NCBI GenBank assembly: GCA_015063695.1
Contig: SVTQ01000001.1
Location: forward strand, 70,311-134,310
From: Oscillospiraceae bacterium
Lineage (GTDB): Bacteria > Bacillota > Clostridia > Oscillospirales > CAG-272
DNA: 64,000 nucleotides
Direction of reading: 5' to 3'
Below, in pieces: positions 8,028 to 16,720 of the stretch (position 1 is its first letter; every line of letters begins with the position of its first letter). The notes under the pieces are model-generated. The model ran no database searches. It was not told the DNA's origin and worked only from the letters and a program-made list of their open reading frames with translations. Position numbers and translations under genes: made by a program.

Positions 8028-10565
8028 TTAAAGTCCCGAAGGATTTATATCAATGCTGAGATTAACTTTCTTTTTCGTGTTCTTTCCGAACTCAAGAAGA
8101 AGCTCCGATAGCATCTTCCTAAGCCTTTTATTTACTCTGCATTTCAGAACCATTCTCATACGGCAGACGTTCTGTACCTTGTAAACGGGGTTTTCAAAGG
8201 GGCCGAATGCCTGAAGTCCTATATCGGGATATTCCTTTTTCAGCATATCCTGAAGTCTTTCCGAAAGCTTTACCGCAGAGGCTGAAAGCAGTGCCTCGTC
8301 AGATGCCGCAAGGGTGAGCACCACCATATCGCAGAAGGGGGGGAAGGCAAGATTTTTTCTTATTCTTATCTCCCGCTCGTAAAAAGCACGGTAGTTCTGC
8401 GTTGCCGCTTCTCTTATTACACTGCAGTCGGGATTAAGGGTCTGCACAACGGCAAGTCCCTCTTCGCCGCCTTTTCTTCCTGCTCTGCCTATGACCTGAG
8501 TGAGCATTGAAAAGGTTCTCTCCGCCGCTCTGTAATCGTCAAGGTAGAGAGAGGAGTCAGCTCCCATTACACCGACCAGGGTGACCTTGGGAAAATCGTG
8601 CCCCTTTGCCACCATCTGTGTTCCCAGAAGTATATTTGTTTTCTCACTTCTGAATTCTTCAAGAATTTCTCCATGGGCGCTTTTCGTTCCCGTTGTATCC
8701 ATATCCATTCGGGATATTTTAGCATCGGGCACTATCTTCTTTATCTCTTCCTCCGCCTTCTGGGTTCCGCATCCCATAAAGCGGAAATGCTCCTTCTTAC
8801 AGGAGGGACACTTTTCGGGAACCTTCTCGCGGTGGCCGCAGTAATGGCAGATAAGATATCCCGAGCGCGCTCTGCTTTTTTCAAGGTCGCTTCCGTCGGC
8901 GGAAACCGACACTCTTCCCGTATGGAAGGTGAGGGAAACGGAGCAGTTGGGACATTTCACCGTCTCGCCGCAGGACATGCAGGTGACGGAGCTGTTGTAT
9001 CCTCGTCTGTTGAGGAAAACTATCGCCTGTCTCCCCTTTTCAACTGTTTCGGAAAGCCGTGTTGCAAGCTCCATTCCGATGGGGGAGGCGTTGCCTGCGG
9101 ACACCTCACGGCGCATATCGCATATTTTAACCTGAGGAAGGGTTGCCCCGCCGTATCTCTCCTTCAGCTCCACAAGGGAATATTTTCCGCTGACTGCTTT
9201 ATAGTAGCTTGCGAAGGAGGGCGTTGCCGAGGCAAGGAGAAGCATGGAGGAATGGACCATGGAGCGGTATCTTGCAACGTCATGGGCAAGGTACTTGGGG
9301 TCGGAGTCCGACTTATAGGTGTGCTCCTGCTCCTCGTCGATAATAATCAGTCCTATGTTTTTGAGGGGTGCAAAAATTGCACTTCTCGTTCCGATGACTA
9401 TATCGGAAAGTCCGTCGCGGATCCTTCTGTAGGCATCAAAGCGCTCCCCTTGGGAAAGTCCCGAATGGAGCACCGAAACGCACTCACCGTAATATCCGCA
9501 GAAGACCGCAACCGCCTGAGGGGTGAGAGCAATTTCGGGGACAAGCATAATGACCCCTTTGCCGTCCGCCCTTGCGCGGTCTATCATTTTTTTGATAACA
9601 CTTGTCTTGCCCGAGCCCGTCACTCCGTAAAGAAGCGCCGCCTTAGGCGATGGGTCCTCGTAAAGGGAGCAGAGCTTATGGTAAGCTCTCGTCTGTTCTT
9701 CGGACAAAACTATATTTTCTTTTATGGGTGTTGAGTTTTTGTAAGGATTTCGGAAAACCGTTTCTTTTCTTGTGGTCACAAGCCCCTTTTTCTCAAGGGC
9801 GGAAATATGGGCAGTTGTACATCCGCAGGCGGCGCTGAGCTCTTCTCTGCTCATTTCACCCGAAGCGGCGAGGCACCTTAGCACCTCTGCCTGCTTTTCG
9901 CTTCTGAGGCGCAAAGCTCCCGGTGCTCCGTTTGCGATGTCAAGGGCTTCCTCGGCTGATACCGCAAGGGTCGCCACAAGCTCCGTCTTGCCCTTGGAGC
10001 CTTCGGAAACGTCGGTAAAGCGGATAACGTACTTTCCCTTAACAAGAGGAGCAAAGTATTTGCTGTAATCTTCGCCGAATTCGACGGAAAGCTTTGAAAG
10101 GTGGACCTTATCAAAGCCGCCGATGTAGTTAAGGATAGCCACGGAGCGCTCCGAGAGCTTTCCCGATGCCGCATCGTACTCTTTATCGGGATTTATCCTT
10201 GCATATTCTGTTATCTTTGAGAAGGCGGCAGAGGGCACTATGGCGCGAAGCGCTTCGCCCACGGTGCAAAGGGTATATTCCTTCAAAAACTCTGCAAGAG
10301 CCATCTGCTCGGAGTCCACAAGAGGTTCATCTCCCGAAACGCTGATAATGGGTTTCAGACTGTCGTACCCGGAGACGTCGGAGATCTGCCGGACCACCCC
10401 GTTCATACGGCGGTTTCCCGTACCGAAGGGCACGCTTACAAGAGAGCCTTCAAAGACTTTTGCGGACAGCTCCGCCGGTATATAATAATCGTAAAGCTTA
10501 TCTGCAAAATAGGGCACGTCAACAAGGTATAATCTTGCTATATCGCCCTTCCGTAAACTCTCCAC
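8028..10565 (-). CDS. priA: Primosomal replication-restart helicase PriA
   Basis: Walker A GVTGSGKT, DEEH box, and a Cys-rich insertion (CMSCGETVKCPNC...CHYCG...CPSC). GTG start with AAAGGAG 6 nt upstream. Confidence 0.9.
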   Translation of the reverse strand: MESLRKGDIARLYLVDVPYFADKLYDYYIPAELSAKVFEGSLVSVPFGTGNRRMNGVVRQISDVSGYDSLKPIISVSGDEPLVDSEQMALAEFLKEYTLCTVGEALRAIVPSAAFSKITEYARINPDKEYDAASGKLSERSVAILNYIGGFDKVHLSKLSVEFGEDYSKYFAPLVKGKYVIRFTDVSEGSKGKTELVATLAVSAEEALDIANGAPGALRLRSEKQAEVLRCLAASGEMSREELSAACGCTTAHISALEKKGLVTTRKETVFRNPYKNSTPIKENIVLSEEQTRAYHKLCSLYEDPSPKAALLYGVTGSGKTSVIKKMIDRARADGKGVIMLVPEIALTPQAVAVFCGYYGECVSVLHSGLSQGERFDAYRRIRDGLSDIVIGTRSAIFAPLKNIGLIIIDEEQEHTYKSDSDPKYLAHDVARYRSMVHSSMLLLASATPSFASYYKAVSGKYSLVELKERYGGATLPQVKICDMRREVSAGNASPIGMELATRLSETVEKGRQAIVFLNRRGYNSSVTCMSCGETVKCPNCSVSLTFHTGRVSVSADGSDLEKSRARSGYLICHYCGHREKVPEKCPSCKKEHFRFMGCGTQKAEEEIKKIVPDAKISRMDMDTTGTKSAHGEILEEFRSEKTNILLGTQMVAKGHDFPKVTLVGVMGADSSLYLDDYRAAERTFSMLTQVIGRAGRKGGEEGLAVVQTLNPDCSVIREAATQNYRAFYEREIRIRKNLAFPPFCDMVVLTLAASDEALLSASAVKLSERLQDMLKKEYPDIGLQAFGPFENPVYKVQNVCRMRMVLKCRVNKRLRKMLSELLLEFGKNTKKKVNLSIDINPSGL

Positions 10566-10603
10566 AGCCTGCTCCTTTCGATAAAGTTATTTTTGCCGTT
10601 TGA

Positions 10604-10906
10604 TTATTCGGCGTCTGCGGCTTCTTCAGCTTCAGTTATTTCTTCTTCGCCGTCTTCAAGAATTTCAAATCTTCCCTCATAGAGTCTGTTCACTGCGGTC
10701 TTGACTGCCTTTTCGTCTCTGTATTCCTTCTTGATAAGTGCGGCAATAGACTTGTCTGTTTCCTTGCTTGCGATCTTCTTTTCCGCAAATTCGCGCTGCA
10801 TTACGTATTCGTCAGTAATAACTCTCGCGCACTTTGCCGTAGCGATAACGAGCATATACTTGTTGTACTTACCTTTTGAAAGATCATTGATTGAAGGGAA
10901 TATCAT
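10604..10906 (-). CDS. rpoZ: RNA polymerase omega subunit with acidic C-terminal extension
   Basis: PSINDLSKGKYNKYMLVIATAKCAR parallels B. subtilis YloH [25 protein letters not shown]. Sits between gmk and priA. Confidence 0.75.
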   Translation of the reverse strand: MIFPSINDLSKGKYNKYMLVIATAKCARVITDEYVMQREFAEKKIASKETDKSIAALIKKEYRDEKAVKTAVNRLYEGRFEILEDGEEEITEAEEAADAE

Positions 10907-10955
10907 ATTTTTCTCCTTTGAAATAGTGTTTTATATGTATTTTTTCTTTATTTTT

Positions 10956-11573
10956 TCAGTTATTGAAGAATGTATCGGTGAAGTCCTTCATGCGGTCTTT
11001 TTTGGAATGCTCCGCTTCGATGATGGAAAGAAGTCTGTCAGCGCATTTTTCAGCTTCGTTCTCTCCGTTGACTATTACGTAGTCATAGTAGGGGAGGTAG
11101 CCGAGCTCCTCTCGTGCTCTTTCGAGTCTGCGCTTTATTACCTCGTCGGTCTCAGTGCCGCGACCGCGAAGGCGCGCTTCAAGCACTTCGGCACTCGGAG
11201 GGAGAAGCATTACGGTAACTGCATCGGGGCATGCCTTTTTGACCTGAGTTGCGCCGTCGACCTCAATTTCCAGGATAAGGTCACGGCCCTCGCCTACCAC
11301 CTTATCGGCTTCGGATTTCAGCGTGCCGTAATAGTTTCCGCAGTACTCGGTGTGCTCAAGGACCTCGCTTTTCGAGAGCTTTTCTTCAAAAGCTTCTTTT
11401 GTAATATAGTAGTAGTGAACTCCGTCGACCTCTCCGGGTCTCGGCGCTCTTGTGGTAGCGGAAACGGAAAAGCCGATGGTGGGAAGCTTCTCACGGAGAA
11501 GCTTTACAACAGTGCCCTTGCCGCTTCCCGCAGGGCCCGAAACTACGATATAAAGACCTTTACTCATCTTCAT
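10956..11573 (-). CDS. gmk: Guanylate kinase
   Basis: P-loop GPAGSGKGT, SATTRAPRPGE and YYG motifs. Overlaps the remA stop. Confidence 0.9.
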   Translation of the reverse strand: MKMSKGLYIVVSGPAGSGKGTVVKLLREKLPTIGFSVSATTRAPRPGEVDGVHYYYITKEAFEEKLSKSEVLEHTEYCGNYYGTLKSEADKVVGEGRDLILEIEVDGATQVKKACPDAVTVMLLPPSAEVLEARLRGRGTETDEVIKRRLERAREELGYLPYYDYVIVNGENEAEKCADRLLSIIEAEHSKKDRMKDFTDTFFNN

Positions 11574-11817
11574 CCTCCGTTTCTTCGTCAGATACTCTCT
11601 TTGCTATCTTCTCCGTTTCAAGGGAGGACAGAATTACGTGTCCGCTGTCGGTAACTATCACCGAGCGGGTCTTCTTACCGCCCGTACAGTCAATAGCGCG
11701 TCCGTTATCCTTTGAGTCCTGAACAAGTCTCTTGGAAGGGGCGGAGTCAAAACTGACGAGAGCTACGACCTTATCGGCGCATATCATATTGTTAAATCCT
11801 ACGTTTATAAGCTTCAT
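11560..11817 (-). CDS. remA: RemA/YlzA (DUF370) regulator
   Basis: MKLINVGFNN...TRSVIVTDSGHVILSS closely parallels B. subtilis RemA. Conserved position between yicC and gmk. Confidence 0.8.
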   Translation of the reverse strand: MKLINVGFNNMICADKVVALVSFDSAPSKRLVQDSKDNGRAIDCTGGKKTRSVIVTDSGHVILSSLETEKIAKRVSDEETEDEDE

Positions 11818-11832
11818 TTCTGCATCTCCCCA

Positions 11833-12726
11833 TCATTCGATATTCTGGATCTGCTCGCGGATCTTTTCAAGCTCGCTCTTGATGTCGACCACAAGGTGAG
11901 CTATCTCGGCGTTACCTGCTTTGGAGCCGATGGTGTTTGTTTCGCGGTTCATTTCCTGAAGGAGGAAGTCAAGCTTTCTGCCTGCAGGCTCTGGCTTTTC
12001 TATAATACCGTTCATTGCTTCAAAATGACTGTCAAGACGGACAAGCTCTTCGTCTATCGCCGCTTTGTCCGCAAAGATAGCGGCTTCCGTGAGTATTCTC
12101 TGCTGAGCTATCTCAACGTCAAAGTCGTCAAGGAACTTTCTTATCTTTTCCTCAAGCTTTGTACTGTACCCTGCGATCTCCGCTTCGGAAAGGACTTTTA
12201 TCCTTCCTGCGTACTCTTTGATTATACCCACTTTTTTCATTATATCTGCTTCAAGGTTTGCGCCCTCGCGCTCTCTCGCATCAAGGAACATGTCAAGAGC
12301 CTCGGAGAGAACGTTCTTAACGTCCTGCCAGTCCTTCTCCATATCGTCCTCGGGCTTTACCACTGTGAATATATCGCGGTACTGAGCAACTCTCATTACG
12401 GATATATCGTCGCGCAGATCAAACTTATCTCTCAGCTCATGGAGAGCCGCGATATAGGACTCTGCCACAGCGGCATCAAGGGCGATGGAAAGACCTGTCT
12501 GCTCAACAACGTCTATTCCTATATATATCTCAATCTTACCTCTTGAAACTCCTCTTTGAGCGAGGTATTCCTTGATCCTGTCCTCAAGGAAGCTGTACAT
12601 TCTTGGAAGCTTTACGGTGCAGTCAAGGTATCTGCTGTTTACGGATTTTATTTCCGCGGTGATATCCTTATCTCCTGCCGCGCTTCTCTGTCTGGCTCTT
12701 CCGAAGCCTGTCATACTTTTCAGCAT
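11833..12726 (-). CDS. yicC: YicC/YloC family endoribonuclease
   Basis: MTGFGR N-terminus and C-terminal LLQEMNRETNTIGSK...EQIQNIE (DUF1732-like). Confidence 0.85.
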   Translation of the reverse strand: MLKSMTGFGRARQRSAAGDKDITAEIKSVNSRYLDCTVKLPRMYSFLEDRIKEYLAQRGVSRGKIEIYIGIDVVEQTGLSIALDAAVAESYIAALHELRDKFDLRDDISVMRVAQYRDIFTVVKPEDDMEKDWQDVKNVLSEALDMFLDAREREGANLEADIMKKVGIIKEYAGRIKVLSEAEIAGYSTKLEEKIRKFLDDFDVEIAQQRILTEAAIFADKAAIDEELVRLDSHFEAMNGIIEKPEPAGRKLDFLLQEMNRETNTIGSKAGNAEIAHLVVDIKSELEKIREQIQNIE

Positions 12727-12807
12727 ACTTTTCTCTCTTTCCTGTATTTGTTTTTATCTGTATGCAACGTCCCCGCACACCTGCGGCATTTTATCGCATA
12801 TATATTA

Positions 12808-12837
12808 ATTATACAATATATTATAAATAATTGTCAA
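12808..12837 (-). promoter_or_regulatory. Sigma-A-type promoter for the yicC-remA-gmk operon
   Basis: Minus strand: TTGACA (12837-12832), 18-nt spacer, TATAAT (12813-12808). It lies about 80 nt upstream of the yicC ATG. Confidence 0.5.
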
Positions 12838-12928
12838 CATTAAAAAGGTGGATTTTTCCCCACACAAGCCGTTTTTAAAGCTGTTTTTTGACTTCGGAAG
12901 GATTTTTTTATTTTTTTTGGTTAAACCC

Positions 12929-12957
12929 TTGACAAGCAAAATCTTTTGTGATACTAT
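12929..12957 (+). promoter_or_regulatory. tRNA-cluster promoter with upstream T-rich UP-like tract
   Basis: TTGACA (12929-34), 17-nt spacer ending TGA, TACTAT (12952-57). A T-run at 12904-12918 lies upstream, and tRNA-Gly starts at 12975. Confidence 0.5.
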
Positions 12958-12974
12958 AATTAAGCTGTAAACAC

Positions 12975-13048
12975 GCGGGTGTAGTTCAGTGGTAGAATTC
13001 CAGCCTTCCAAGCTGGTTATGTGGGTTCGATTCCCATCACCCGCTCCA
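12975..13048 (+). tRNA. tRNA-Gly (anticodon TCC), CCA encoded
   Basis: Hand-folded cloverleaf: acceptor gcgggtg/cacccgc, anticodon stem ccagc/gctgg with loop cttccaa, T-loop ttcgatt. Confidence 0.93.
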
Positions 13049-13056
13049 ACAAATAT

Positions 13057-13133
13057 GTACCTTTAGCTCAGCAGGATAGAGCAACTGCCTTCTAAGCAGT
13101 AGGTCGGGGGTTCGAATCCCTCAAGGTACGCCA
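13057..13133 (+). tRNA. tRNA-Arg (anticodon TCT), CCA encoded
   Basis: Acceptor gtacctt/aaggtac, anticodon stem actgc/gcagt with loop cttctaa, T-arm ggggg-ttcgaat-ccctc. Confidence 0.93.
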
Positions 13134-13136
13134 TAC

Positions 13137-13214
13137 GGTGGGTGTAGCTCAGTTGGTTAGAGCGCCAGGTTGTGGCCCTGGAGGCCGTGGGTTCGAATCC
13201 CATCATTCACCCCA
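13137..13214 (+). tRNA. tRNA-His (anticodon GTG) with encoded G-1, CCA encoded
   Basis: The extra 5' G pairs with discriminator C. Acceptor gtgggtg/cattcac, anticodon stem ccagg/cctgg with loop ttgtggc. Confidence 0.93.
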
Positions 13215-13215
13215 G

Positions 13216-13247
13216 AAAAAAAGCACTTCTTCGGAAGTGCTTTTTTT
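13216..13247 (+). terminator. Intrinsic terminator after the tRNA cluster
   Basis: aaaaaaagcacttc-ttcg-gaagtgcttttttt: a 9-bp stem, a UUCG loop and a 7-T run. Confidence 0.85.
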
Positions 13248-13248
13248 C

Positions 13249-13436
13249 AGCTAAATTCGGCTCCTAAAGGCGCCGAGCTAAATTCCAAGCGGAGCTAAAT
13301 TGACCTTCGGTCAGCTAAATGTGTGCCTCCGGCACACGCTGTTCAGCCGAATTTTATTTAGCTTCACAAAGTGAAATTTAGCTGTGAGCAACGCGAACAA
13401 TTTAGCTGTTTTGCCGCGAGGCAAAATTATTTAGCT
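13249..13436. repeat. 4+4 mirror array of the octamer AGCTAAAT / ATTTAGCT with mini-hairpin spacers
   Basis: Exact AGCTAAAT at 13249, 13276, 13293 and 13313. Exact reverse complement ATTTAGCT at 13356, 13376, 13400 and 13429. Most spacers are self-complementary. Confidence 0.9.
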
Positions 13437-13483
13437 ATATTCGTACTGAAAAGCATCCTCCAAGCTGCAAAAGCCGCAAACTG

Positions 13484-13506
13484 ACCAACCGAAAGGTTGG
13501 TTTTTT
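13484..13506 (+). terminator. Intrinsic terminator closing the octamer-array region
   Basis: accaacc-gaaa-ggttggt followed by tttttt. Confidence 0.75.
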
Positions 13507-13531
13507 CGCTTAAAAATGGGGATTTTCACCA

Positions 13532-13560
13532 TTGACATTAAAGAGGAAAAAATATACAAT
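13532..13560 (+). promoter_or_regulatory. Near-consensus sigma-A promoter of the SulP gene
   Basis: TTGACA (13532-37), 17-nt spacer, TACAAT (13555-60). Confidence 0.6.
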
Positions 13561-13646
13561 ACCTAAGGCAAAAAAGATTGTCGAAAAACTTCGAAAAACA
13601 AGGGATTAAAGAGCTTCCTCTTTAAATGTACAGAAAGGTGCTTGAC

Positions 13647-14945
13647 ATGAAAGATTTCTATCTTATGCCTAAATTTTTTCAGGTCATAAAAAGCTACACC
13701 AAAAAGCAGTTTATATCCGACCTTGCGGCAGGCGTAATAGTTGCGATAATCGCTCTTCCCCTCTCCATCGCTCTTGCTCTCGCTTCGGGTGTTGAGCCTG
13801 CCTGCGGTGTTTACACTGCCATTGCCGCCGGCTTTATCGTTTCCCTTTTCGGCGGCAGCCGTATTCAGATAGCAGGCCCCACAGCCGCATTTGCTACCAT
13901 CGTTGCAGGTGTCGTTGCCACTCAGGGCATGGACGGTCTCTTTATCGCCACCGTCATGGCAGGTATTCTTCTCATCCTCATGGGCGTTCTGAAGCTCGGC
14001 TCACTTATCCGCTTTATGCCTCATCCCATTACGGTGGGCTTTACGGGCGGTATTGCGGTGACCATCCTTTTCGGTCAGATAAAGGACTTCTTCGGAATTA
14101 CTTATGCAGAGGGTGTCCGTCCCATTGAGACTATTGAAAAGATAGAAGCGAATATTGAGCACTTCTCAACTTTCTCCGTTGAAGCTCTTATTATCGGACT
14201 TATTTCCCTTGCGATCCTCATTATCTATCCCAAGCTCGAAAAGCGCGTTCCCCCTTCACTTATTGCGGTAATCGTCGGCGCTCTTGCAGTGGGGCTCATT
14301 CCTGCCCTCGGCGAAAACGTTTACACCATCGGCGACCTTTACACTATCCCCACGGGACTTCCCAAGGTGGACTTCGCTTCCATGGACTTCAGCACCGAAA
14401 AGATAATTGCGGTCATCCCCAATGCAGTGACCATCGCGATCCTTGCGGCCATCGAATCCCTTCTCTCCTGCGTTGTTGCAGACAACATGATAAAAACTGA
14501 CGGTACTCCCGAAAAGCACAACTCCAACGTCGAGCTCGTTGCTCAGGGTCTCGGTAACATCGCCTCCGTATTCTTCGGCGGCATCCCCGCTACAGGCGCT
14601 ATCGCAAGAACCTCTGCAAATGCCAAAAACGGCGGCAGAACACCTGTTGCAGGAATGGTACACGCCCTCATTCTTCTTCTCGTTCTTCTCTTCCTCATGC
14701 CCTACGCGGCGCTTATTCCCATGCCCACCATCGCGGCGATCCTCTTTATGGTCGCATATAACATGAGCGAATGGAAGAGCTTTGTGGGGATCGCAAAAAC
14801 AAAGAAATTTACCGACATCATCCTTCTTTTCGTGACCTTCGCGCTCACCGTTATTTTCGACCTTGTGGTTGCCATTGCAGTAGGTGTCGGCATCAAAATC
14901 GTATTTGTAATAATCGAAAAGCTCACAAAGAAAAACGAAAAATAA
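13647..14945 (+). CDS. SulP-family anion transporter lacking a STAS domain
   Basis: SulP N-terminal pattern (DLAAGVIVAIIALPLSIALALASG, IQIAGPTAAFA) and ~12-14 TM segments. The protein ends right after the last TM. Start 13647 preferred (GAAAGG RBS); 13626 is the alternative. Confidence 0.8.
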   Translation: MKDFYLMPKFFQVIKSYTKKQFISDLAAGVIVAIIALPLSIALALASGVEPACGVYTAIAAGFIVSLFGGSRIQIAGPTAAFATIVAGVVATQGMDGLFIATVMAGILLILMGVLKLGSLIRFMPHPITVGFTGGIAVTILFGQIKDFFGITYAEGVRPIETIEKIEANIEHFSTFSVEALIIGLISLAILIIYPKLEKRVPPSLIAVIVGALAVGLIPALGENVYTIGDLYTIPTGLPKVDFASMDFSTEKIIAVIPNAVTIAILAAIESLLSCVVADNMIKTDGTPEKHNSNVELVAQGLGNIASVFFGGIPATGAIARTSANAKNGGRTPVAGMVHALILLLVLLFLMPYAALIPMPTIAAILFMVAYNMSEWKSFVGIAKTKKFTDIILLFVTFALTVIFDLVVAIAVGVGIKIVFVIIEKLTKKNEK

Positions 14946-15043
14946 AGAAACAAACGCATTTCGCAAGAGGTGCGTTTTTCGTTTCGGGACTAAGCTTTCA
15001 GCCTTCCGAAAAGCCGCCCTTTCAAAAGATTTCCGCGAAACCC

Positions 15044-15072
15044 TTGCATTTTATGACGTTTTATATTATGAT
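15044..15072 (+). promoter_or_regulatory. Candidate promoter of the DUF5685/J-domain operon
   Basis: TTGCAT (15044-49), 17-nt spacer, TATGAT (15067-72). Confidence 0.4.
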
Positions 15073-15114
15073 AAAATGAGATATGGTTTACAAAACTTGA
15101 AAAGGAGGAATTAT

Positions 15115-16035
15115 ATGTTCGGATATATCAAGCCCTGCGTTCCTCTTTTGACAGTTGCAGAATATGAGGCGTACACGGGAGTTTACTGCGGTCTTTGCCG
15201 CGAGATGGGCCGCGTCACGGGGCAGGCTTCCCGAATGACGCTCAGCTATGACTTTGCCTTTCTCGCCTTCCTTCGCATGGCGGTCGAGAAGACTTATACG
15301 GAGTTTGACAAAAAGGCTTGCATCGCTCACCCTCTAAAGAAAAAGGCGTTTGCCAAAAGTAATTCGGTGCTCACCTACTGTGCCGCGGCAACGGCAATTC
15401 TTGCCGCCGAAAAAACAAGGGACGACCTGAGGGACGAAAAGGGCGCAAAAAAGCTCGGTGCAAAAATTCTTCTTCCCTTTGAAGAAAAAAACGTTTCCAA
15501 AACGGATGCCTCTCTTCTGCCTTTAAGAGAAAAGGTCAAAATGCACCTTGACCGTCTTTATGAATCGGAAGAAAAAAAGACCTCATCCATTGACGTGCCT
15601 GCGGAGATCTTCGGCGAGCTTCTCGGAAGCATCTGCTCCTTCGGATATGACGGTGCAGAAGAGAGAATTACGGAAGAGATAGGCCGATGTGTGGGCAAGA
15701 TAATATACGTACTGGACGCGGCTGACGATATTTCAGACGACGTAAAATGCGAAAAATACAATCCTATCGCGTTAGTATATGATGATCCGACCGAAATCCG
15801 CTCTGAAAACGGGAAGGAAATTACCGTTCTTCGCGCCGATATAAGAGAAACTCTGAAAACTGCAGTGAGCCTTGAGCTTAAAAGAGCAAGAGCGGCTTTC
15901 TCCCTTCTTGACACAGAGGGCTGCACAGTGTACCCAAATATTCTCACAAATATCCTCGAGCACGGAATTCCCGAAGAAACGGAAAAGATTTTAAACAAAA
16001 GCGGACGTGAGCATCCGCTGAGACGTAAAGTATAG
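15115..16035 (+). CDS. DUF5685-like protein (unknown function)
   Basis: N-terminus MFGYIKPCVPLLTVAEYEAYTGVYCGLCREMG matches my memory of the DUF5685 family signature (MFGY...YCGLC). Start at ATG 15115 with AAAGGAGG 6 nt upstream. Confidence 0.6.
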   Translation: MFGYIKPCVPLLTVAEYEAYTGVYCGLCREMGRVTGQASRMTLSYDFAFLAFLRMAVEKTYTEFDKKACIAHPLKKKAFAKSNSVLTYCAAATAILAAEKTRDDLRDEKGAKKLGAKILLPFEEKNVSKTDASLLPLREKVKMHLDRLYESEEKKTSSIDVPAEIFGELLGSICSFGYDGAEERITEEIGRCVGKIIYVLDAADDISDDVKCEKYNPIALVYDDPTEIRSENGKEITVLRADIRETLKTAVSLELKRARAAFSLLDTEGCTVYPNILTNILEHGIPEETEKILNKSGREHPLRRKV

Positions 16036-16091
16036 AAAAAAACACATGCCGCCCCTACCGGCAGGCAAAAAACATGAAAAGGAAATAAAAA

Positions 16092-16697
16092 ATGAACGAT
16101 CCTTACAAGATTTTAGGTGTTTCGCCTACGGCGACCGATGAAGAGATCAAAAAAGCTTACAGAAAGCTTGCGGTAAAATACCATCCCGACAACTACGTTG
16201 ACAATCCTCTTGCAGACCTTGCGGAAGAGAGGATGAAGGAGATAAACGAAGCGTACGACCGCATTCAGAAGGAGCGCGCGCAAGGCGGTTCTTCGGGCGC
16301 AGGCTCCTCTTACGGCGGCTCATCCTACGGCTCATCTTCATACAGCGGTTCCTCCGCTTTTGCAGAGGTTCGCCGTTGTATCAATGAGAATAATATTCTG
16401 AAAGCCGAACAGCTTCTCTCTTCAACTCCTTCAGAAGGACGAAACGCGGAATGGAACTTCCTTATGGGATGCCTTTATCTCAAAAAGGGCAACTATTTCG
16501 ACGCTCAGAAATATATTGAGACCGCATGCTACATGGATCCCTCAAATCTTGAATACAAGAACATGAGAGCTAACATGAGAGCGAGCACACAGGGACGGAC
16601 AAATCCTTACAGCACAACGGGTACTGCAGGCAACTGCGATGCCTGCGACATCTGCACTCTGCTTATGTGCGCCGACTGTCTTTGCGACTGCTGCTGA
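16092..16697 (+). CDS. J-domain protein with Gly/Ser linker, TPR-like region and Cys-rich C-terminal tail
   Basis: DPYKILGV...[14 protein letters not shown] (the HPD motif is present), a (G/S/Y) low-complexity linker, and a C-terminus [22 protein letters not shown]. Confidence 0.85.
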   Translation: MNDPYKILGVSPTATDEEIKKAYRKLAVKYHPDNYVDNPLADLAEERMKEINEAYDRIQKERAQGGSSGAGSSYGGSSYGSSSYSGSSAFAEVRRCINENNILKAEQLLSSTPSEGRNAEWNFLMGCLYLKKGNYFDAQKYIETACYMDPSNLEYKNMRANMRASTQGRTNPYSTTGTAGNCDACDICTLLMCADCLCDCC

Positions 16698-16720
16698 TAA
16701 GCTGAAAGGCGGTATAAATA

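Noticed and set aside
13249-13436. The octamer array considered as a CRISPR array.
   Set aside because: The repeats are 8 nt, not 24-40 nt. The spacers are 9-35 nt and self-complementary. The repeat orientation flips half-way. There are no cas genes.
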